Below are positions 56,665 through 64,000 of a DNA stretch of 64,000 nucleotides, piece by piece; position 1 is the stretch's first letter, and each line of letters begins with the position of its first letter. The stretch is from Gemmatimonadota bacterium (lineage in GTDB: Bacteria > Gemmatimonadota > Gemmatimonadetes > Palauibacterales > KS3-K002), in assembly GCA_039586795.1 (NCBI GenBank), contig JBDHJS010000001.1, positions 138,328 through 202,327 on the forward strand. The letters run 5' to 3'. Made by a program: the position numbers and the translations under genes. Below the pieces are notes generated by a model that was not told the origin of the DNA, ran no database searches, and was given only the letters and a program-made list of their open reading frames with translations.

Positions 56665-57027
56665 CTACTCGCCGTAGTAGTGGCAGGCCGCAGCGCACGT
56701 CTCCGCCACGGAAACGCGATGAAGGTGGGCGAGCCGGATTTCGAGTTGGCGCCAAAGCCAGCCGCAGAGATGTTCGGCGGTCGCGTTCTCGAGTCCGGGG
56801 ACGTCATTGAGGGTCAGGTGGTCGATCTGGTCGATGACGGGTTGCACAGCCGTATCGATCTCTCCGTAGTCCAGGAGCCAGCCCGTTTCCGGGTCCACGG
56901 GTCCGCGCACGGCGATTTCCACTTCGTACGAGTGACCATGCAGCTGCCGGCATTTGTGCCCCGCGGGGGCGTTGGGGAGGAAGTGCGCGGCGGAGAAGTA
57001 GAACTTTCGTGTGAGCTCGACCTGCAT
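56665..57027 (-). CDS. queD: 6-carboxytetrahydropterin synthase
   Basis: FSAAH.LP, KC..LHGHSY, DH..LND, N.TAE, V.ET. Confidence 0.93.
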   Translation of the reverse strand: MQVELTRKFYFSAAHFLPNAPAGHKCRQLHGHSYEVEIAVRGPVDPETGWLLDYGEIDTAVQPVIDQIDHLTLNDVPGLENATAEHLCGWLWRQLEIRLAHLHRVSVAETCAAACHYYGE

Positions 57028-57028
57028 G

Positions 57029-57667
57029 TCAGACTCCAGGTGTTTGAGAGCTCCAGATGATCTTGTGGAGCTGGGTCTGCAAGCGAACCGGCGCGTTGTC
57101 GTCCATGATCCATTCGGCAAGCTGCTCGAGCGTCAGGCCGTCCCAGACAGGACCGAATAGTAGTTTTCTACCTGCGAGATTCTTCTCCTCGATGATCTTT
57201 AGTGCCCACTCGTAGTCCTGACGGTCGTTGATGGCAAACTTGATTTCATCGTCGGAGCTCAGTTTGTCGAGATTCTCCCACAAGTTCTTGTCCGCTTCCC
57301 CGGAGCCAGGACATTTCACGTCCACGATCTTGATGACCTGCGAGGGCAAGACACCGATATCGAGGCTGCCGCTCGTCTCGCACAGGACGGTGCAGCCTCG
57401 GTCCAAAAGGGCGTTCGCCAGTTTGCCGACGTCCTTTTGAAGAAGGGGTTCGCCGCCTGTGATCTCCACCAGCTTGCAGCCGCGTCCGAGCTCCTCCACC
57501 TGACTTACGATCTCATCGACTGTCATCTCACGTCCGCCGTAAAAGGCGTACTCTGTATCGCACCAAACACACCGCAGATGACAGCCCGTGGTGCGAACGA
57601 AGACGCAAGACAACCCTGCCCAGCTGGACTCACCCTGAATCGACAGAAAGATCTCGGTGATCCGCAC
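57029..57667 (-). CDS. queE: 7-carboxy-7-deazaguanine synthase (radical SAM)
   Basis: EIF.SIQGE, FVR..GCHLRCVWCDT, TGGEPLLQ, ETSG, QLHK..W. Confidence 0.93.
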   Translation of the reverse strand: MRITEIFLSIQGESSWAGLSCVFVRTTGCHLRCVWCDTEYAFYGGREMTVDEIVSQVEELGRGCKLVEITGGEPLLQKDVGKLANALLDRGCTVLCETSGSLDIGVLPSQVIKIVDVKCPGSGEADKNLWENLDKLSSDDEIKFAINDRQDYEWALKIIEEKNLAGRKLLFGPVWDGLTLEQLAEWIMDDNAPVRLQTQLHKIIWSSQTPGV

Positions 57668-57676
57668 GTCGAGACT

Positions 57677-58843
57677 CTAGTTCTTGATCAGTTTGTAGAG
57701 CACGACGTACTCCACATCCAGTTCATCATACATGTGACCGAGCACGAAATCGCTACCGATCTGGTCTACATCGATATCCGGCATCTCAACGGAGCCAAGC
57801 ATCTTTAGGTCCGCATCGAACACCGTCCAGCGCCGGCGATCGGCCCAAGGGAACGAGTAGTCTTCGACCCACAGATTCCCGTCCGCATCAACAACGATTC
57901 CCCCGTGAGCAGGAAGAAGCTCCGGGTATTCGAGCTTGTCCAGCTCCGCTGCAACTCGAAGCTTCATGTTTTCGCCATCGATGCCGCTAAGCTCATAGGC
58001 CCGATACGCCGCGATGTGTTCCTCGGTCAACTGCCGGTCTTCGGCGGGCCAGCGTACGATGGCCTGCAACGCACCCCGTTGGCCGTATCGAGATACCTCC
58101 CGCGATTCCTGCGTACCGACGAAGAAGGCGTCGGAGATTACGGCGAACTCAGTCCGACGGCCCAACGGCGCGACCGAAGCAGACAGAAACTCGCGGCTGA
58201 CAAAGGTCGGAAGCGAATCGCATACGGCGCCGTCCGTATCGACGCGATACGTCCGTGCCGGCAGCCGCACGCGGCCCTGGCCGTCGTAGCTGGACCAGTC
58301 GATGTCCTCGCCAATCAGCAGCGTCCCGTCGGAAAAAGCTCCGTGCAGACTGCCGCCCCCGTTTGCGAGTCGGGCCGATCGCGCGAACGTGCCATATGAA
58401 TCAAAGATGGCGATCCTGGCCAATCGTTCGTCGTGCGCGACGATCGAGTCTTCGCCCAGCGCGATGATCGACCAGAGTCCAATGAACTCGCCGGGCCCCT
58501 CACCTCGACCACCTGCGCTCTTCAGAAAGCGCCCGCTCGTATCGTACCAGCGAAGCTCCTGGGTTCCGTTGTTCGCCACGACGATAGCGCCATCCGCCAA
58601 CCGCACCGAACTCCATGGACGAACGAGCAGGTATTCCTCGTCGCCCTCCACCGCGCCGATGGTCAGGAGCGGCGCGGCTGACAAACGCCAGCCCTCTTGT
58701 GGTTGCCAGGCAGGTCCGCTGCTCTCGACGATCGTGACACCCGCGCTGTCCCGAACCGCGAAGGTGCTCGGCACGGTTTCGGCGCCGCTGCAACCGGCAA
58801 CCACGGCTAAGAGGAAAACTGCGGAATGGCCCGCGCGGTTCAT
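57677..58843 (-). CDS. 6-bladed beta-propeller lipoprotein
   Basis: Lipobox VAG-C; VRDSAGVTIVE; G.GEGPGEF; VDADGNLW; DELDVEYV..Y. Confidence 0.8.
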   Translation of the reverse strand: MNRAGHSAVFLLAVVAGCSGAETVPSTFAVRDSAGVTIVESSGPAWQPQEGWRLSAAPLLTIGAVEGDEEYLLVRPWSSVRLADGAIVVANNGTQELRWYDTSGRFLKSAGGRGEGPGEFIGLWSIIALGEDSIVAHDERLARIAIFDSYGTFARSARLANGGGSLHGAFSDGTLLIGEDIDWSSYDGQGRVRLPARTYRVDTDGAVCDSLPTFVSREFLSASVAPLGRRTEFAVISDAFFVGTQESREVSRYGQRGALQAIVRWPAEDRQLTEEHIAAYRAYELSGIDGENMKLRVAAELDKLEYPELLPAHGGIVVDADGNLWVEDYSFPWADRRRWTVFDADLKMLGSVEMPDIDVDQIGSDFVLGHMYDELDVEYVVLYKLIKN

Positions 58844-60072
58844 TGCTTTATCAGCTGATATAGCTCGACGTACTCGACATCGTACTCGTCCCACGTGTAG
58901 CCGAGCACGTAGTCGCTGCCGATCTGGTGCACGACGAAGGGCCCCGGCATGTCGACGGTACCCAGCATGCGAAGGTCCGGGTCGAATACCGTCCAGCGCC
59001 GAAATGTCTCCCAGCGCGGATGGTATTCCTCGATCCACAGGTTACCCTCGGCATCCACGACCAGATCTCCGAAGGCGGGAAGCTGTTCGGGGAATTCCAT
59101 ACCATCGAGCGACTCTTCGGCGCGTCGCCTGGAGTTCTCGCTTCGCGTCTGGCCGACGTAGAAGGCCCGGAAATCCGCAATGAGGTCCTCGGTGACCTGG
59201 CGATCGGGTCCCGTCCAGCGGAGCAGCGTTGCGAGGTTCCCGTCGAGTTCGTAGTAGCCAACCTCAAAGTCATCCTGCGTACCGCAGTAGAAGCCGTCAC
59301 CGAAAATTTCCATGGGTGTTTCGCGGCCGAAAGGTGGAGGGCCAAGGCTCACGCCTCGATCGATCCTCATCTCGAACTCGCGTGCCGGAAAGACGGGCAG
59401 TGAATCGATGATCACCCCTTCGCGGTCGAGGCGGTACGACCAAGACGGCTGGCGCATGCGCCCTTCGTTTGGCCTGTTCGACCAGTCGACATGCTCGGCC
59501 TTCAGAAGCGTACCGTCGGGGAATGCACCCTTCAGAACGCCCCCCGGTTGCTGCGGTCGAGTCGACGTGACGAAGACACCATCACGATCAAAGAAGACGA
59601 TATTGGGAGGGTTGTCGTCCCATGCGACGATCGTGTCCGCACGGTGGCGGTAGATCCATACCAGGTTGTTGAACTCGCCTGGCCCACCGCCCTCACCGCC
59701 GGCCGTTTTCAAATAACGACCTCCCGCGTCGTAGAAGCGGATCTCCTCTGTGCCCGAGTTAGATACGACTATCGTACCGTCATCGAGGCGCAGTGCGCCC
59801 CGCACACCGAGCAACAGGTACGCGTGCTCTCCCTCTACCTGGCCGATTCGCACGGATGGCTCGCCCGAGAGACGCCACCCTTCTCCTTCTCCCCAAACCG
59901 GGCCGGTGTTTTCGATGATCGTTATGCCGGCGCTATCGCGCACCGCTACGGATGGCTCTTCGAGGACCGGCTCCCCGCATCCAAACGCAACCGCAACAAC
60001 ACAACCGGCTGATACATCACGCCGTATCCGCCTTCTTACCGCAGCCACCGTCACGTCCGCCCTTCGGCGCAT
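58840..60072 (-). CDS. 6-bladed beta-propeller lipoprotein (paralog of the downstream gene); start uncertain
   Basis: AFG-C lipobox; VRDSAGITIIE; GGEGGGPGEF; DEYDVEYV. Confidence 0.78.
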   Translation of the reverse strand: MRRRADVTVAAVRRRIRRDVSAGCVVAVAFGCGEPVLEEPSVAVRDSAGITIIENTGPVWGEGEGWRLSGEPSVRIGQVEGEHAYLLLGVRGALRLDDGTIVVSNSGTEEIRFYDAGGRYLKTAGGEGGGPGEFNNLVWIYRHRADTIVAWDDNPPNIVFFDRDGVFVTSTRPQQPGGVLKGAFPDGTLLKAEHVDWSNRPNEGRMRQPSWSYRLDREGVIIDSLPVFPAREFEMRIDRGVSLGPPPFGRETPMEIFGDGFYCGTQDDFEVGYYELDGNLATLLRWTGPDRQVTEDLIADFRAFYVGQTRSENSRRRAEESLDGMEFPEQLPAFGDLVVDAEGNLWIEEYHPRWETFRRWTVFDPDLRMLGTVDMPGPFVVHQIGSDYVLGYTWDEYDVEYVELYQLIKQ

Positions 60073-61945
60073 GTTCGTCCAGTATCTCTTGTAGCTCATC
60101 ACCTTCGATGACTTCCTTCTCGAGCAACCGCTCCGACACGACGTCGAGCGCGGTGCGTTCTCTTGTCAACAGCACCTCTACCCGGTCGCGCTCCTCGTCA
60201 ACGATGCGTCTGACCTCGCGGTCGATCTCCTGAAGCGTCTCTTCGCTGTGCTGATCCTGTTCACCCGGCATCGTCTGTCGCCCACCCAGCATATTCGGCA
60301 TGCGATTCTCGTACGTGATGGGGCCCAGCGAATCACTCATTCCGTATTCCATCACCATACGACGTGCGATGTCGGTGACACGGCTCAGGTCGTTCTGAGC
60401 GCCCGTGGAGATCTCATCGAACACGATCTCCTCCGCTACACGGCCGCCCAACAGCACAGCGATACGATCGAGCAGCTCGGCACGAGTCAGCAAATAGCGG
60501 TCTTCCGTGGGCAATTGCTGGGTATAACCCAGCGCGCCAATACCACGTGGAATGATGGAGATCTTATGAACGGGATCGGCGTGCTGGACGCACTGCGCGA
60601 CTATGGCGTGACCCGCCTCGTGGAAGGCGACGATCCGCTTCTCGTCCTCGTTGATCAACCGATTCTTCTTCTCGAGGCCGGCCACGATTCGATCGGTTGC
60701 CCGGTCGATGTCGTCCATGGTCACGGCGTCAGCTCCGCGACGCGCGGCCAACAGAGCCGCCTCGTTGAGCAGGTTGGCGAGGTCGGCGCCGACAAACCCG
60801 GGAGTGCGCCGCGCTACGACCTCGAGATCCACTTCTGGTGCCAGCTTGATGTCCTTGGCGTGGACCTCGAGAATGGCCAGCCGGCCATTCTTGTCCGGTC
60901 GATCGACCAACACATGGCGGTCGAAGCGGCCCGGACGCAACAATGCGGGATCGAGCAGTTCGGGTCGGTTCGTGGCAGCCATGATGATGACCCCGGCACG
61001 TGTATCGAACCCGTCCATCTCGACGAGCAGCTGATTCAAAGTCTGCTCTCGTTCGTCGTGGCCGCCTACGGGGCCGCCGATGCCTCTAGCCTTGGCCAAA
61101 GCGTCCAGCTCATCGATGAAGATTATGCACGGCGCTTTCTCCTTCGCCTGACCGAACAGGTCACGCACTCGTGCTGCTCCTACACCGACGAACATCTCGA
61201 CGAACTCCGAGCCGGAGAGACTGAAGAACGGCACGCCTGCTTCTCCGGCCGTCGCTCGAGCCAGCAGTGTCTTGCCCGTGCCAGGTGGGCCCACCAGCAG
61301 GATGCCCTTGGGGATCTTGGCGCCCAGGCGCGAGAACTTCTCTGGCGTCTTCAGGAATTCGACGACTTCCTCTAGCTCCTCCTCAGCTTCTTCGACACCT
61401 GCCACATCGTCATACGTCACACCGGTGTCGCCCTCCGCCCTCAGTCGCGCCTGCGACTTGCCGAACGTCATGACCCCCTGGGATGGGTTCATGCGCCTCA
61501 GCATGAAGAACCAGAGGGCGATCAGAAGGCCGAAAGGAATGATGAAGCTGAGCAACCAGCCGATCCCCGTGGACGTACTGCCATCGTATTCGACCCCTTG
61601 CTCTTCCAGCAATTCGATCAACCCGGGGTCGTCCTGTACCGGCACCGCCGTCCACGCTTCCGGCGCGCCGGCGGCTCTAGCTCCCTCGGTGGACTCAGCG
61701 GTGACCCGGGTGTCGCCTACGGTCACCTTCTGCACCTCGCCGGCGGCGATCTTCTCCTTCAGCTGGCTGTAGCTGATCTCCTCGCCGCGCTGGCCCGAGG
61801 CCAGGTAGTTGAGGGAGATCAGGAGCAGAAGGGCGACGATGACCCAAGCGGCGCTTATGCCGGCGCGTCTGCCGAACGGTCCGGGCAGGCCCTGGCGCTC
61901 GGGGTCGGTTCCTTTTGGCTTTTGGTCCTTTTGTTGTTCAGGCAT
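60017..61945 (-). CDS. ftsH: ATP-dependent zinc metalloprotease FtsH
   Basis: Two TM helices; [39 protein letters not shown]. Confidence 0.97.
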   Translation of the reverse strand: MPEQQKDQKPKGTDPERQGLPGPFGRRAGISAAWVIVALLLLISLNYLASGQRGEEISYSQLKEKIAAGEVQKVTVGDTRVTAESTEGARAAGAPEAWTAVPVQDDPGLIELLEEQGVEYDGSTSTGIGWLLSFIIPFGLLIALWFFMLRRMNPSQGVMTFGKSQARLRAEGDTGVTYDDVAGVEEAEEELEEVVEFLKTPEKFSRLGAKIPKGILLVGPPGTGKTLLARATAGEAGVPFFSLSGSEFVEMFVGVGAARVRDLFGQAKEKAPCIIFIDELDALAKARGIGGPVGGHDEREQTLNQLLVEMDGFDTRAGVIIMAATNRPELLDPALLRPGRFDRHVLVDRPDKNGRLAILEVHAKDIKLAPEVDLEVVARRTPGFVGADLANLLNEAALLAARRGADAVTMDDIDRATDRIVAGLEKKNRLINEDEKRIVAFHEAGHAIVAQCVQHADPVHKISIIPRGIGALGYTQQLPTEDRYLLTRAELLDRIAVLLGGRVAEEIVFDEISTGAQNDLSRVTDIARRMVMEYGMSDSLGPITYENRMPNMLGGRQTMPGEQDQHSEETLQEIDREVRRIVDEERDRVEVLLTRERTALDVVSERLLEKEVIEGDELQEILDEHAPKGGRDGGCGKKADTA

Positions 61946-61997
61946 AGTACTCTAATCTGTGCATCTATGTCGCGATGACAAATGGTCCGGTGAAATG

Positions 61998-62090
61998 CTC
62001 AACACCTAATACTCAACGTCCAATCCTCACCCGGGCTTCCCCCGTTTCGCCTTCGCCCTTGGGACCTGATGATTGAGAGTTAGGTGTTGA
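61998..62090. repeat. Intergenic inverted repeat of the same family as 11628-11750
   Basis: CTCAACACCTAATACTCAA ... TTGAGAGTTAGGTGTTGA. Confidence 0.78.
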
Positions 62091-62138
62091 AGATTTCGCT
62101 CATCTCACGTCAGAGGACACCCAACGGCAATTGCACGT

Positions 62139-63944
62139 CTAACCTATGACCGAGCGAGCCTCGTCGTTTCTAAACTGCCGAGCGTATAACCGCGCGTACA
62201 GTCCATCGAGCTCCAACAGTTCCGAGTGCGTTCCCTGCTCCACGATCTTGCCTTCCTCCAGCGCCAGCACTCGATCCGCACGCTGGACCGTGCTCAGCCG
62301 ATGTGCGATGATCAGTGTGGTCCGGCCCTGCATCAACTCCTCGAATGCTTCTTCGACTAGCCGCTCGCTTTCCGTATCGAGGCTACTGGTCGCCTCGTCG
62401 AGCACGAGGATCTCCGGGTCCTTTAGGAGGACGCGAGCGATGGTGATCCGCTGACGTTGGCCGACCGACAGCTTCACGCCGCGTTCGCCGACCAGCGATT
62501 CATATCCATCCGGGGTCCGTCTTATAAACTCCTCCGCATGCGCCGCGCCGGCGACGGCTTCGATGTCACGCTGAGCCGCCCCCTCGCGTCCGAACGCGAT
62601 GTTCTCCGCAATCGTGGCGCCGAACAGCATGGGCTCCTGCGGCACGATGCCGACGTTGGTGCGTAGTTCCTCCAGTGACAACTCCTTGAGATCGATGCCG
62701 CCCAGGGTGACAGAGCCTTTGGTCGGGTCCCAGAACCGGGGCACCAGGCCAGCCAGCGTTGACTTCCCGGCCCCGCTGGGGCCGACGAGCGCCACCACTT
62801 CGCCCGGCGCGATCTCCACCGAGACTTCTTTCAGCGCCCAGGGAAGATCTTCTTCGTAGCGGAACCACACGTTGTCGAAGCGAAGCGGCCAGCCCCGACC
62901 GGTCGAGAGCGGCTTCGGATTTGAGGGGTCAGCCACTGTGGGCTTCTGAGCCAGCAGTTCGAACACCCGCTCCGCCGAGCCCTGCGCTTCCTGATAGCCG
63001 CCCCATAGCGACGCCAGCGAGGTGATCGCCGCCGCGACCATCACGGCGTACAACAAGAACGAGACGAGCTGGCCGCCGGTGATGTCGCCAGCCAGCACCA
63101 TGCGTCCGCCCTGCCAGAGCACCGCCACGATACCGCCGAACGTCACGAACGTGATCACCCCGAAGAAAACGCCCCGTGTCAGCGCCCGCCGCAGCGCCGC
63201 GCTAAGAGCGGCATTGATTCCCTCGGCGTAACGTCGCGATTCCACCGGCTCGCGCACGAAGCTCTGCACGGTTCGGATCTGGACGATCGATTCCTCCGCC
63301 ACCGTATTCGCTTCCGCGATCTTGTCCTGCACCTCCGTGCTCGCGCGCCTCAGTCGCCGTCCAAAAACGAACGCGAAAAACACCACAGCCGGCGCAACCG
63401 CCAGGGTCGTGAAAGTCAGCTGGCGATGCATGAACGTCAGCAACGTCAGCGCGCCGAACAGGTAGAGCGTTTGTCGCAACAGCTCTGATATCTGGTAGGA
63501 AAGGACGCCCTGCAGCCGAACGACATCCGATGTGAGGCGGCTGGTCAATTCCCCGGTGGTTCGCTCGGTGAAGAAATCCGGCGACAGCGTGAGCAGGTGG
63601 TCGAACAAGGTCTTGCGAATACTCGCAATGACTTTTTCGCCGGTCGAGCCAAGCAGGTAGACCTGACAGAAGTTGAACAGCGCCTGGACGCTGAAGAGAC
63701 CGAGGAGGAGAAGAGCGATCTGATTGAGCTGCGTCCGGTCCATCTCAACGAACGCCGCGTCCATCAGGTGACGAACGACGAGAGGAAAAGAGAGACCGAT
63801 CGACCCGCTGGCCAACAAGAAGAACGTCGCCAGTAGCAGCGCCCAACGGTGAGGACGCAGCTGCGGCCACAGGCGCCGGAAGACAAAGAGGGGCACCTGG
63901 ATCGGCGGTATCCTGAGCTTGGTTTTCGTAACGTTTTCGGCCAT
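62139..63944 (-). CDS. ABC exporter, fused permease/ATPase (MsbA-like type IV)
   Basis: 6-TM domain; GPSGAGKST, VPQE, LSVGQRQR, LVLDEATS.LD, IAHRL. Confidence 0.94.
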   Translation of the reverse strand: MAENVTKTKLRIPPIQVPLFVFRRLWPQLRPHRWALLLATFFLLASGSIGLSFPLVVRHLMDAAFVEMDRTQLNQIALLLLGLFSVQALFNFCQVYLLGSTGEKVIASIRKTLFDHLLTLSPDFFTERTTGELTSRLTSDVVRLQGVLSYQISELLRQTLYLFGALTLLTFMHRQLTFTTLAVAPAVVFFAFVFGRRLRRASTEVQDKIAEANTVAEESIVQIRTVQSFVREPVESRRYAEGINAALSAALRRALTRGVFFGVITFVTFGGIVAVLWQGGRMVLAGDITGGQLVSFLLYAVMVAAAITSLASLWGGYQEAQGSAERVFELLAQKPTVADPSNPKPLSTGRGWPLRFDNVWFRYEEDLPWALKEVSVEIAPGEVVALVGPSGAGKSTLAGLVPRFWDPTKGSVTLGGIDLKELSLEELRTNVGIVPQEPMLFGATIAENIAFGREGAAQRDIEAVAGAAHAEEFIRRTPDGYESLVGERGVKLSVGQRQRITIARVLLKDPEILVLDEATSSLDTESERLVEEAFEELMQGRTTLIIAHRLSTVQRADRVLALEEGKIVEQGTHSELLELDGLYARLYARQFRNDEARSVIG

Positions 63945-64000
63945 GGAACTCCAAATGTATCGTCGTAGCCCCTCCCTGTCTTGCCCTACATCTCCTGCTC

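Noticed and set aside
1..64000. Prophage, IS, integron, tRNA or rRNA
   Set aside because: No integrase, transposase or phage genes in the ORF track, and no tRNA/rRNA-like sequence seen in the intergenic regions by eye

Overview
GC-rich bacterial chromosomal segment with about 53 CDSs. I found no rRNA, tRNA, CRISPR array or transposase. The gene content suggests a Gemmatimonadota/FCB-like diderm (inference): an ADOP-type ABC permease with PadR, VRDSAG-type beta-propeller lipoproteins, a PorV-like protein and a FlgD-Ig/T9SS-type C-terminal domain. The most striking feature is a ~15 kb electron-transfer island (25.9-40.9 kb) with 54 hand-counted CxxCH motifs. It encodes a 19-heme CbcL-like cytochrome c/cytochrome b fusion, a small tetraheme, a four-domain cytochrome c, and a porin-cytochrome-type operon (two paralogous 9-heme lipoproteins, a beta-barrel protein and a periplasmic 9-heme cytochrome). 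hypA-hypB-hypF and a ZIP transporter are inserted within it. Three of its transcription units carry sigma54-type GG-N10-GC elements next to IHF-like sites. Together this looks like a complete inner-membrane-to-surface extracellular electron transfer conduit. Other notable items: a three-gene cohesin/dockerin/PorV locus (13.9-18.7 kb); a TsdA/SoxA-like monoheme lipoprotein flanked by Asn-Pro-Cys repeats, paired with a pentaheme cytochrome; catalytically degenerate HisF and DEAD-box paralogs; a ubiquitin-like small protein; and several intergenic heptamer/REP-like repeats. All calls come from motif recognition by eye; no database searches were run.
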